Both the position numbers and the translations under genes were made by a program. A stretch of DNA of 64,000 bases from an uncultured Actinomyces sp. (GTDB lineage Bacteria; Actinomycetota; Actinomycetes; S36-B12), in the NCBI GenBank assembly GCA_964537955.1, contig CAZICY010000001.1:54023-118022 (forward strand), given 5' to 3'. Position 1 is the first letter of the stretch. Every line of letters starts with the position of its first letter. Below, piece after piece: positions 50,101 to 58,099 of this stretch. Under the pieces are notes generated by a model that saw nothing but the letters and a program-made list of their open reading frames with translations, made no database searches and was not told the DNA's origin.

Positions 50101-50390
50101 TCGACGTCGAAGGCCTCGTCGCTATCGGATCTCAGGACGCCCGAGGCGAGCCCGGCCTGGACCGACGCACCGAATCCGCTCGGCTCGCCACCGCTGTCGA
50201 GGACGACCACGCGGTCGTAACCCAGGGACTCGGAGAGGATGCGCGCGCTGGCATCGGTGGATCCGGCATCGACGCCGACGACGGCATCGGGGTGACGTGT
50301 CTGTCCGCCGAGGACCGTGAGGACCGCGGGAAGCCAGACCGCGCCATCACGAGCGACGATGACGGCCGTGACGCGGTGGCGTCCGCTCAG
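47142..50390 (-). CDS. large membrane-embedded family-2 glycosyltransferase (GT-A domain + polytopic membrane domain + C-terminal extracytoplasmic domain)
   Basis: Track ORF 47142..50210 starts at a GTG inside the GT-A fold. The same frame upstream encodes VTAVIVARDG...VGVDAGSTDAS, so the gene is extended to CTG 50390, which overlaps the whiB TGA. A DxD-type LLHDDSAP motif lies downstream. Confidence 0.75.
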   Translation of the reverse strand: MSGRHRVTAVIVARDGAVWLPAVLTVLGGQTRHPDAVVGVDAGSTDASARILSESLGYDRVVVLDSGGEPSGFGASVQAGLASGVLRSDSDEAFDVEATEWVWLLHDDSAPAPTCLERLLEAADAHPGTAILGPKALGWHDRRLLLEVGFSVTGAGRRVTGLERREHDQGQHDDRSEVHAVGSAGMLVRRDVWDALGGFDPQLPLYRDDLDLCWRSWRAGHQVRVVPEAVVHHREASYHGRREGSTLPGRGHRLDRRSALLVLLAQAPGWRLPFTGIRLALGSSLRALLYLLGKDLRRAGDEIVAITSLLAHPGRIMAARRRVAATSVMSSREAVHDLRPGAWSQARSALEALGGMVSAGRAGGASSVGALDSGPVSDDADIFEDPADGFVRRALSRPTVVIALVLLVAAAIAGRALWWGDGVLFGGALLPSPEGASDLWAAYTDTWHDVGPGSTVPAAPLTALLAALATIVLGKAGFMVGLVLFLAVPAAGLSAWWSLRGMVSARGPRTWAAIAYALLPAMTGAIATGRLGVMIAIVLLPPLARIVARMLWSVPTLAPATGRTPWGAALLAAVIVASAPVVWVWLLLAVLVAVTLGVVARQRDTAGPRVDRAWILGALALLVVPLALLMPWSLRLITQPALLFTDLGVYAGVEAAAPASLLLLDPGGPGTPPAWVMAGLVIAALLALLRPGTRRATLACWGVALVGFALALVVARLPLQPPSVEDSVLPWTGPVTALMGGALILAAALAADGLRASMAQSAFTWRQPVAGISTILAVLTPLLALLWWLPGAGDPVRRGDPVVLPPFVIAEAIGPEAPRTLLLRPQDTARVDYALVNGTGPTLGDAEVAPPAADWAELDRLVAGLVSGRGGDEVSGLAAYAVRYVVLERTQAGVGDLARSLDSVPGLRRVAGREGEVLWRVQPEASRAVLLDDAVPATAAPVPLAQLSSAEPFIDTALPSSGVRLRLAQTADPAWRATLDGAALAPVAAEADAPGLQEFALPSAAQGQLVVTIDDAPRTRWLWVQAIAWLVVAVLALPARRAAGDDDADDDIDPDGDSTSASIVEASEVEASEAGPREGVVS

Positions 50391-50656
50391 ACCGCCTGCT
50401 TCTTCAGCCGGCGCCGTTCGCGCTCGGACAGGCCGCCCCAGATGCCGAAGCGTTCGTCATTGGCGAGTGCGTACTCCAGGCACTCCCCGCGCACCTCGCA
50501 TGACAGGCAGACGCGCTTGGCCTCGCGAGTGCTCCCACCCTTCTCGGGGAAGAACGCCTCGGGGTCGGTCTGGGCGCACAGGGCTCGCTCCTGCCACTCC
50601 AGGGCCTCGGCCGCATCGTCTGCGGTGGTCAACGGCAGCAGCACGGGATCACTCAC
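50387..50656 (-). CDS. whiB: WhiB-family transcriptional regulator (WhiB2/WhmD-like)
   Basis: 89 aa. Four Cys (C-x22-C-x2-C-x5-C), the GIWGG turn and a basic tail RERRRLKKQ. GTG 50656 is preceded by GGGAGGGAGG. Confidence 0.92.
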   Translation of the reverse strand: MSDPVLLPLTTADDAAEALEWQERALCAQTDPEAFFPEKGGSTREAKRVCLSCEVRGECLEYALANDERFGIWGGLSERERRRLKKQAV

Positions 50657-50700
50657 TGCCGGCCTCCCTCCCTGGGGCGCAGGCTGGTCCTGCGTCCGTA

Positions 50701-50718
50701 AATGACACGGGTGTCATT
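50701..50718. promoter_or_regulatory. AT-rich palindrome AATGACAC-GG-GTGTCATT upstream of whiB (candidate operator overlapping a -10-like TATGTAAT)
   Basis: Perfect 8-bp arms with a 2-bp spacer. It lies 45-62 nt upstream of the whiB GTG and 23 nt downstream of the fbiC stop. Confidence 0.45.
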
Positions 50719-50740
50719 ACATAGGTCGTGAGGCCGCGCG

Positions 50741-53299
50741 TCAAGCCCGGGAGCCCACGAGGTCCCCCGTGGCGCCCCCCGGGGAGTGGGGAACGCCGTA
50801 GCCCGTGGTGCGCTGCCGCGGGACCCGGCCGGCCGAGCGGATCAGCGCGCGCAGGTCCTCGACGGACTTGGCCGACCCGTGCTCGGAGCCCGCCATGCGG
50901 CTGATCGTCTCCTCCATCAGGGTCCCGCCGAGGTCGTCGGCGCCGCTCGCGAGCATCACGCGGCACCCCTCGTCGCCGAGCTTGACCCACGAGCACTGGA
51001 TATGGTCCACGGCGCCGTGGAGCAGGATCCGAGCCATGGCGTGGACGGCGCGATTGTCGCGCGCTGTCGGCCCAGGTCGTGCCACCCCCGCGAGGTAGAT
51101 CGGCGCGCTGTGGTGCACGAAGGGCAGCGGCACGAACTCGGTGAAGCCGCCGGTGCGCTCCTGGATGCCGCGCAGCGTGCGCAGGTGGTCGACCCAGTAC
51201 CGGGGCTCGTCCACATGGCCGTACATCATCGTCGAGGTCGTGCGCAGGCCGACCTCGTGCGCGGTCGTCACGACCTCGATCCACGTCGCGGCCGGCAGTT
51301 TGCCCTTGGTGAGGATCCATCGAACGTCGTCGTCGAGGATCTCCGCCGCCGTACCCGGCAGCGAGTCGACGCCGGCTTCGCGGGCAGCAACGAGCCAGTC
51401 GCGGAGGGAAAGGCCCGTGCGGGCGGCGCCGTTGACCACCTCCATGGGACTGAAGGCGTGCAGGTGGATCTGCGGAGCCTCGGCCTTGACGGCGCGCGCA
51501 AGGTCGAAGTACGCCGTGCCCGGCAGGTCGGGGTGGATGCCGCCCTGCATGCAGACCTCGGTGGCCCCTGCATCCACGGCCTCGCGCACCCTTCGGCCGA
51601 CCTCCTCCAGGGAGAGGGTGAAGGCGTCCACGTCTGAGGCCCGCTGGGCGAAGGCGCAGAAGCGGCAGCCGGTGTAGCAGACGTTGGTGAAGTTGATGTT
51701 GCGGTTGACGACGTATGTCACCTCGTCGCCGACGACCTCGCGACGCAGGTCGTCGGCGAGAGCCGCGATCGCCTCGAGAGCCTCGCCCGTGGCCGACATG
51801 AGAGCGATCGCATCCTCGACGTGGTCGGGGTGTGCAAGGCGTGCGGGATCGGAGTGGGCGAGATCGAGCGCGCGGCGCAGGTCGGAGGGCAGCCGGGTCC
51901 CGTCCGCGCTCACCCGCAAAGCGCGCTCGGATACCTCGTCCCAGTCGCCGTAGACATCGGCGAAGTCCTCGCGGCGATCCGCGCTCCGTCCGGTGATGTC
52001 GATGTCCAGGTGCAGGTCCACCCGACCGCCGGCCGCTCGCGCGGCGAAGTCGGCGTAGCCGCCCGCATCGGCATCGGGCTCCTGCCAGGGCAGCCCCGCG
52101 GGGCGGGCGGTGGTGTCGAGGAGTCCCTGCGCGTCCGCGAGGGCATCGACGTGAGGTCGCACGCGGGGATCGATCCACTCCCCCGAGAGCACGTAGCGCG
52201 GGTGGGCGGTGAGTCGCGCACGCAGGTCGTAGCCCGCGGCCGCGGTGCTCTCCCGCAGGGCATCCAGGTGCGGCCAGGGCCGCTCGGGGTTGACGTGATC
52301 GGGGGTGACCGGACTCACCCCGCCCCAGTCGTCGACGCCCGCGCGGAGCAGGGGCACGAGATCGTCGGAGAGATTGGGCGGCGCCTGTAGGCGCACGCCG
52401 GGCCCCAGCACGATGCGCGCGGTCGCGAGCGTCGCCAGGTAGGCCTGCGCGTCGAGGTCGGGCTCGCCGCGCATCGCCGTGTCGTCCTTGGCGCGGAAGT
52501 TCTGGACGATCACCTCCTGCACGTGACGATGCCGGCGATGCACTGCCCGCAGGGCGAAGAGAGCGTCAACGCGCTCCTCGTCGGTCTCGCCGATGCCCAC
52601 CAGGATCCCCGTGGTGAAGGGAATAGCCAGGCGCCCGGCGTCCTCGAGGACCTGGAGCCGCACGCGGGGTTCCTTGTCGGGACTGCCGTAGTGCGGGCCG
52701 CCCGGCGTCGACCACAGCCTCTCGGACGTGGTCTCGAGCATCATCCCCATGCTCGGAGCGACCGGCCGCAGCCGACGCATCTCCTCCCAGGACATGACGC
52801 CGGGATTCAGGTGCGGCAGCAGGCCCGTCTCCTCGAGCACGAGAATCGCCATCGCGCGCACGTAGGACAGGGTGTCGGCGTAGCCCGCCTCATCAAGCCA
52901 CTCCCGGGCGGCGGGCCAGCGGTCCTCCGGCCGGTCGCCGAGGGTGAAGAGCGCCTCGGCGCAGCCGAGTTCGGCGCCGCGTCGGGCCACCTGCAGCACC
53001 TCGTCGGGAGAGAGGTACGCCGCCGGCACGCGATGCGGCACGGTCGCGAAGGTGCAGTAGTGGCAGCGGTCCCTGCACAGCCGGGTGAGGGGGATGAAGA
53101 CCTTGGGCGAGTAGGTGATGACCCCGGGGAGCCCGGCGTCCTGGAGTCCCCGGTCGCGGAGGGACCCGGCGATCTCGAGAAGCTCCTCGAGGGCGTCGCC
53201 ACGGGCTCCGATCAGCCAGGCGGCCTCGTCGGGCGCGAGGGTCGCTCCCCTGCGGGCGCGGGCCAGCGCCCGGACGACCCCCGACGGCGTGGACGGCAC
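50741..53299 (-). CDS. fbiC: bifunctional FO synthase FbiC (CofG+CofH), F420 biosynthesis
   Basis: 852 aa with two radical-SAM motifs, [10 protein letters not shown] and [13 protein letters not shown] 53299 is the first start after an in-frame stop. Confidence 0.93.
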   Translation of the reverse strand: MPSTPSGVVRALARARRGATLAPDEAAWLIGARGDALEELLEIAGSLRDRGLQDAGLPGVITYSPKVFIPLTRLCRDRCHYCTFATVPHRVPAAYLSPDEVLQVARRGAELGCAEALFTLGDRPEDRWPAAREWLDEAGYADTLSYVRAMAILVLEETGLLPHLNPGVMSWEEMRRLRPVAPSMGMMLETTSERLWSTPGGPHYGSPDKEPRVRLQVLEDAGRLAIPFTTGILVGIGETDEERVDALFALRAVHRRHRHVQEVIVQNFRAKDDTAMRGEPDLDAQAYLATLATARIVLGPGVRLQAPPNLSDDLVPLLRAGVDDWGGVSPVTPDHVNPERPWPHLDALRESTAAAGYDLRARLTAHPRYVLSGEWIDPRVRPHVDALADAQGLLDTTARPAGLPWQEPDADAGGYADFAARAAGGRVDLHLDIDITGRSADRREDFADVYGDWDEVSERALRVSADGTRLPSDLRRALDLAHSDPARLAHPDHVEDAIALMSATGEALEAIAALADDLRREVVGDEVTYVVNRNINFTNVCYTGCRFCAFAQRASDVDAFTLSLEEVGRRVREAVDAGATEVCMQGGIHPDLPGTAYFDLARAVKAEAPQIHLHAFSPMEVVNGAARTGLSLRDWLVAAREAGVDSLPGTAAEILDDDVRWILTKGKLPAATWIEVVTTAHEVGLRTTSTMMYGHVDEPRYWVDHLRTLRGIQERTGGFTEFVPLPFVHHSAPIYLAGVARPGPTARDNRAVHAMARILLHGAVDHIQCSWVKLGDEGCRVMLASGADDLGGTLMEETISRMAGSEHGSAKSVEDLRALIRSAGRVPRQRTTGYGVPHSPGGATGDLVGSRA

Positions 53300-53310
53300 C
53301 GTGACACCCT

Positions 53311-54366
53311 ATGTCCATGCCGACGCCCCCGTCACCGCTGCGCCGCATCACCGTGCTCGCCGGCGGCATCGGAGGAGCGCGCTTCCTGCGCGGCCTGCTC
53401 GCCGCCGCCCCGGACGCGGAGGTGACGGTCATCGGCAACACCGGGGACGACATCTGGATCCACGGGCTGCGCGTGTGCCCGGACCTCGACACGGTGATGT
53501 ACACCCTGGGCAACGGGATCTCCGAGGAGCGCGGCTGGGGCCGCGAGGCGGAGACCTTCACGGTGAAGGAGGAGCTGGCCGCCTACGGCCTCGAGCCGTC
53601 GTGGTTCGGGCTCGGCGACCGCGACATCGCCACCCACCTCGTGCGCACGCAGATGCTCCAGGCCGGCTATCCCCTCTCGGCGATCACCGACGCGCTGTGC
53701 GCCCGGTGGCAGCCGGGGGTGCGCCTCATCCCCATGACGGACGAGCGCGCCGAGACCCACGTCGTGGTCGACGATCCCGACGGCGCGGTCGACGATTCGG
53801 GAGCGGCCGCGCGCCGCGCCATCCACTTCCAGGAGTGGTGGGTGCGCTACCGCGCCGAGCTGCCCGCCCACGCGATCGTGCTCGTCGGGGCCGAGGATGC
53901 GAAGCCCGGCCCGGGCGTCGTCGAGGCCATCGAGGCAGCGGACGTGGTGCTGTTGCCGCCCTCCAACCCGGTCGTGTCCGTGGGCACGATCCTGCAGGTG
54001 CCGGGCATCCGCGAGGCCATCCAGCGCAAGCCCGCCCCCGTGATCGGCATCTCGCCGATCGTCGGTGGTCGCCCGGTCCGCGGCATGGCCGATGCCTGCC
54101 TCGCCGCGATCGGCGTCCAGACGCAGGCGGCCGCGGTCGCGCGACACTACGGCCCCCGTCGCGCGCTGATCCCCCTCGGAGCCCCCGCCGACGGGATCCT
54201 CGACGGCTGGCTCGTGGACGACTCCGACGCCGCGTCGGTGCCGTCCGTGCAGTCGCTCGGCATCGCGTGCGCGTCCCGGCCCTTGCTCATGACCGATCTC
54301 GACGCGACCGCCCAGATCGCGCGCGCCGCGCTCGAGCTCGCGTCGAGCGTGCGGCAGCAGGCATGA
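53311..54366 (+). CDS. fbiA: 2-phospho-L-lactate transferase CofD/FbiA
   Basis: [18 protein letters not shown]-terminus. 351 aa and followed by fbiB. Confidence 0.9.
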   Translation: MSMPTPPSPLRRITVLAGGIGGARFLRGLLAAAPDAEVTVIGNTGDDIWIHGLRVCPDLDTVMYTLGNGISEERGWGREAETFTVKEELAAYGLEPSWFGLGDRDIATHLVRTQMLQAGYPLSAITDALCARWQPGVRLIPMTDERAETHVVVDDPDGAVDDSGAAARRAIHFQEWWVRYRAELPAHAIVLVGAEDAKPGPGVVEAIEAADVVLLPPSNPVVSVGTILQVPGIREAIQRKPAPVIGISPIVGGRPVRGMADACLAAIGVQTQAAAVARHYGPRRALIPLGAPADGILDGWLVDDSDAASVPSVQSLGIACASRPLLMTDLDATAQIARAALELASSVRQQA

Positions 54367-55706
54367 CGCTGCAGGTCGTCGCGGTCCCCGGGATCGGGGA
54401 GGTCACCGAGGGCGTCGATATCGCTGCCATGCTCGCCGATGCGCTCCCGGCCACGGCCTGGCCGGATGGCTCGACGGGACTGCGCGAGGGCGACATCGTC
54501 GTCGTCACCAGCAAGGTCGTGAGCAAGTCCGAGGGAAGCATCGTCCCCGAGGCCGAGCGCGACGCGGCACTCGAGGCCGAGACGGTCACCGTGGTCGCGA
54601 CCAAGGAGACGCCGCGGGGCACCACCCGGATCGTGCGCACGCACCACGGCCTGGTCCTCGCCGCGGCAGGCATCGACGCCAGCAACGCGCCCGCGGGGCA
54701 TGTCCTGCTCCTCCCCCGCGACCCGGACGCCTCGGCTCGCGCCCTGCGCGGAAGGCTGCGCGAGCTCACGGGCCTGTCAGTCGGTGTCATCGTCACCGAC
54801 ACGCTAGGCAGGCCCTGGCGCGACGGCCTCACCGACTGCGCGATCGGCGTCGCCGGCGTGACCGTCCTCGACGACCTGCGCGGGCTCCCCGACGCCCAGG
54901 GCCGCGCGATGGAGGCCACGGTCATCGCGGTCGCCGACGAGGTCGCGTCCGCGGCCGACCTCGTCAAGGGCAAGTCCGGCGGGATGCCGATCGCGCTCGT
55001 GCGCGGCCTCGCGCACCACGTCGCCCCCCGGGGCGACGGCCCGGGCGCCGTGTCGGGCGTGCGTCCGCTCGAGGAGGACCTCTTCCCCCTGGGGTCGGCC
55101 GAGGCGCGCCGGGAAGGCGCGCGCGACGCCGTGGCCTCGCGCCGCACCGTGCGCCACTTCACCGACGACACCGTCGACCCCGGGGCCCTCACGCGGGCCA
55201 TCGCCATGGCGATCACAGCCCCGGCCCCCCATCACACGACCCCGTGGCGGTTCGTCGTGCTCGACGAGCGGCGGGAGACCCTGCTCACGGCGATGCGGGA
55301 GCGCTGGCGCACCGATCTCGCTGCCGACGGCTTCGACGCGGCGGCGATCGAGCGCCGACTGTCGCGCGGCGACATCCTCTGGCGCGCCCCGGCGGTCGTC
55401 CTGCCCTTCCTCGACCTGGCCGAGGGCCCGCACGCCTACCCCGACGATCGGCGCGCGGGATTCGAGCGCGACCTCTTCCTCGTCTCGGGAGGCGCCGCGG
55501 TGGAGAACCTCCTCATCGCGCTCGCGACCGAGGGCTGGGGCGCGGCGTGGATCTCATCCACGATGTTCTGCCCCGAGGTCGTGCACGATGTGCTCGATGT
55601 TCCGGCGTCATGGCAGCCGCTGGGTGCCGTGGCCGTCGGGCGCCCAGCGCAGGAGCCCGGGCCGCGACCTCAGCGCGATCCCGGGGAGTTCATCCTGCGT
55701 CGGTGA
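54363..55706 (+). CDS. fbiB: coenzyme F420:L-glutamate ligase / dehydro-F420-0 reductase FbiB
   Basis: Internal ATG 54363 within track ORF 53115..55706, overlapping the fbiA TGA as ATGA. N-terminal CofE-like domain and C-terminal nitroreductase-like domain ([10 protein letters not shown]). Confidence 0.88.
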   Translation: MTLQVVAVPGIGEVTEGVDIAAMLADALPATAWPDGSTGLREGDIVVVTSKVVSKSEGSIVPEAERDAALEAETVTVVATKETPRGTTRIVRTHHGLVLAAAGIDASNAPAGHVLLLPRDPDASARALRGRLRELTGLSVGVIVTDTLGRPWRDGLTDCAIGVAGVTVLDDLRGLPDAQGRAMEATVIAVADEVASAADLVKGKSGGMPIALVRGLAHHVAPRGDGPGAVSGVRPLEEDLFPLGSAEARREGARDAVASRRTVRHFTDDTVDPGALTRAIAMAITAPAPHHTTPWRFVVLDERRETLLTAMRERWRTDLAADGFDAAAIERRLSRGDILWRAPAVVLPFLDLAEGPHAYPDDRRAGFERDLFLVSGGAAVENLLIALATEGWGAAWISSTMFCPEVVHDVLDVPASWQPLGAVAVGRPAQEPGPRPQRDPGEFILRR

Positions 55707-55715
55707 CGCGCGCCG

Positions 55716-56792
55716 TCACGCGTCGGTCGAGAAGCGCACCGCGGTCGCAGGCAGGTCGACTCCCGGCCAGACACGAGCCCCCGCGCGCAGCTCATTGCCC
55801 GGACCGATCCGGGCTCCGTCGCCGATGACGCATCCGGTGACGATCGCGCCCGCGCCGATGCCGGCATCGGCGCCGACGACCGAGTCCTCGACCACGGCAC
55901 CCTCCTCGATGACGGCGCCGTCGAGCAGGACCGACCCGTCCACGCGCGCACCCGCGGCCACCCGGGCCCCCCGCCCGACGGTCGTGCCTCCCGAGACGAC
56001 GGCGGAGGGATCCACCTGCGCGCCCTCCAGCACGAGAGCCTCCGCGGGCACATGGCCGGACCAGGGGGCGATCCCGCGCACGAGGTCGGCGGAGCCACGC
56101 ACGAAGTCCCAGGGCGTGCCGAGGTCGAGCCAGTAGGAGTCGTCGACGACTCCGCGCACGAGCGCGCCCTCGGCGAGGAACGACGGGAAGGTCTCCCGCT
56201 CCACCGAGACGGGGCGGCCCGCAGGGATGGCGTTGATGGCAGAGCGCCGGAAGACGTAGCAGCCGGCGTTGATCTGGTCGGTGACGATCTCAGCGGGGGT
56301 GGTCGGCTTCTCTCGGAAGGCGAGCACACGACCGTCGCCGTCGGTGGGCACGAGTCCGTACGCCGAGGGGTCCGCAACGCGCACGAGATGCAGGGTCACC
56401 AGCGCGCCGGTGCGCACGTGGTCATCCACGAGACCGGCATAGTTGACGCCGCTGAGAACGTCCCCATTGAGCACTATGACGGGGTCATCGGGGCCGCTCA
56501 CCAGGTGTGCGGCCGCATGCCGGATGGCACCACCGGTGCCGAGGGGCTCGTCCTCGACCGCGTAGGCGATCTCGACGCCGAGGTCGCTCCCGTCCCCCAG
56601 TTGCTCGGCGAAGACCTCGGCACGGTAGGACGTGCCGAGGACGACGCGCTCGATGCCCGCGGCACGTGCCCGCTCGATCTGGTGGACCGTGACGGGGACG
56701 CCGGCAACGGGCAGCATCGGCTTGGGAGTGCCGAGGGTGAGCGGCCGCAGTCGGGTGCCCTGGCCCCCGACGAGGAGGATCGCCTCGCGCAT
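55716..56792 (-). CDS. manC: mannose-1-phosphate guanylyltransferase (GDP-mannose pyrophosphorylase)
   Basis: Track ORF 55716..56810. ATG 56792. LLVGGQGTRLRPLTLGTPKPMLPVAG followed by a C-terminal hexapeptide beta-helix. Its position after fbiB matches Rv3264c. Confidence 0.88.
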   Translation of the reverse strand: MREAILLVGGQGTRLRPLTLGTPKPMLPVAGVPVTVHQIERARAAGIERVVLGTSYRAEVFAEQLGDGSDLGVEIAYAVEDEPLGTGGAIRHAAAHLVSGPDDPVIVLNGDVLSGVNYAGLVDDHVRTGALVTLHLVRVADPSAYGLVPTDGDGRVLAFREKPTTPAEIVTDQINAGCYVFRRSAINAIPAGRPVSVERETFPSFLAEGALVRGVVDDSYWLDLGTPWDFVRGSADLVRGIAPWSGHVPAEALVLEGAQVDPSAVVSGGTTVGRGARVAAGARVDGSVLLDGAVIEEGAVVEDSVVGADAGIGAGAIVTGCVIGDGARIGPGNELRAGARVWPGVDLPATAVRFSTDA

Positions 56793-56914
56793 GCCGTCAT
56801 CACACCACATGCCGGCAGTGGTCCCCGCCCACGGATCGGTCAGAAGGTGAGAGGCCAGTCGTGGCCCTCGCGCTGTCTCGCTGATCGAGCAGGCCCGGGC
56901 GTCGACCCCGGGAC

Positions 56915-56954
56915 AAGGAGCAGGGCCCCGGCTGTCGCCGGGGCCCTGCTCCTT
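56915..56954 (-). terminator. perfect 18-bp stem / 4-nt loop hairpin downstream of the opuA operon
   Basis: AAGGAGCAGGGCCCCGGC-tgtc-GCCGGGGCCCTGCTCCTT. It begins 27 nt after the opuAC stop (56981). No clear U-tract follows. Confidence 0.55.
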
Positions 56955-56980
56955 CCGAGATGGGTGATCGCTTCAGCGGA

Positions 56981-58003
56981 TCAGGACGCTCCCGTGCCCT
57001 CGAGCCATGCAGCGACCTTGTCCGGGTTGGCATCGATCCACTTCTGGGCCGCCTCCTCCGGAGTCATGCCGGACTCGATGTCGAGCGCGACCTGATTCTG
57101 GTCCTCGTTGGTCCACTCGAAGTTCTGGACCAGCGTGGCGAACGGGCTGCCGGAGTCCATGAGCTTGACGGTCGCGAGCTTGACCAGGGGCGTCTCCGGG
57201 TAGTCCGTGAGACCGCTGGCCTTGGCCGCGTCCGTCCAGTCGTTGGCCGGGAAGTTGATGCGGCACAACGGCACCTTGGCGAGGAAGTTCTGCGGCTCGT
57301 AGAAGTAGCCGAGGACTGCCTCCTTGTTGTCGTTGCCCTTGGTGAAGGCCTCGATGAGCGCGGCCTCCGAGCCGGTGTTGATGATCTTGAAGTTCAGGCC
57401 ATTGGCCTCGATGAGCTTCTCGCCGATGGTGGTGTATCCGGGCGGGCCCTCGAGCCAGGCGCCCTTGTCACCGGACTCCGGCGTCTTGAAGAGATCGGCG
57501 TACTCATTGAGCTTGGTGCCGTCGGTGATGTCGGGGTACTCGTCGCACATCCACTGCGGCACGTACATGCCGATGAGGCCGATGTTGCCGTTGTAGCCGA
57601 CCTCGACGATGGCTCCGCGGTCAACCCACTCCTGCCAGCGACCGCCACCCCAGTCCTCGATGATGACGTCGACCGACCCGGCCTCCATCGCGTCGTAGGT
57701 GACGCCGGCCTCATCGAGAGTCGTCTGCGTAATGTCGCAGCCGAGTGACTCGCGGGCCACATCGCTGAGCACCTGGGCCGAGGCGGTGTAGCCCACCCAC
57801 GCGTGCATGGCAACGCCCCACGAGCCGCAAGCGGTGTCGGCGGGGGCAGCAGCCGAGCTCGATGCTTCGGGCGCCGCGCTCGAATCCGCCGGTGCGGCCG
57901 AGGACGAGCTTGCCTCGTTAACGCTGCCACCGCAGGCCGCGAGGGCCAGGCTGGCAGCAGCGAGCGCGACCACGAGGCCAGCGCCCTTGCCTACTCGCTT
58001 CAT
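56981..58003 (-). CDS. opuAC: glycine betaine ABC transporter substrate-binding lipoprotein
   Basis: Lipobox LALAACGG and a ProX/OpuAC-type body. Last gene of the bet-opu operon. Confidence 0.85.
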   Translation of the reverse strand: MKRVGKGAGLVVALAAASLALAACGGSVNEASSSSAAPADSSAAPEASSSAAAPADTACGSWGVAMHAWVGYTASAQVLSDVARESLGCDITQTTLDEAGVTYDAMEAGSVDVIIEDWGGGRWQEWVDRGAIVEVGYNGNIGLIGMYVPQWMCDEYPDITDGTKLNEYADLFKTPESGDKGAWLEGPPGYTTIGEKLIEANGLNFKIINTGSEAALIEAFTKGNDNKEAVLGYFYEPQNFLAKVPLCRINFPANDWTDAAKASGLTDYPETPLVKLATVKLMDSGSPFATLVQNFEWTNEDQNQVALDIESGMTPEEAAQKWIDANPDKVAAWLEGTGAS

Positions 58004-58099
58004 TCTTCCTCCCGGAAGCTAGATGTCGCCGTCATCGTAGGCGTGCCCCCGCCGCGATTCGGCGGAATGCGGATAACGGATGGGTATCGCTCACGCGTG

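Noticed and set aside
56891-56913. CCCGGG-cgtcga-CCCCGGG palindromic cluster near the opuA terminator
   Set aside because: These are short self-complementary hexamers common in GC-rich DNA. The adjacent 18-bp hairpin is the meaningful structure.
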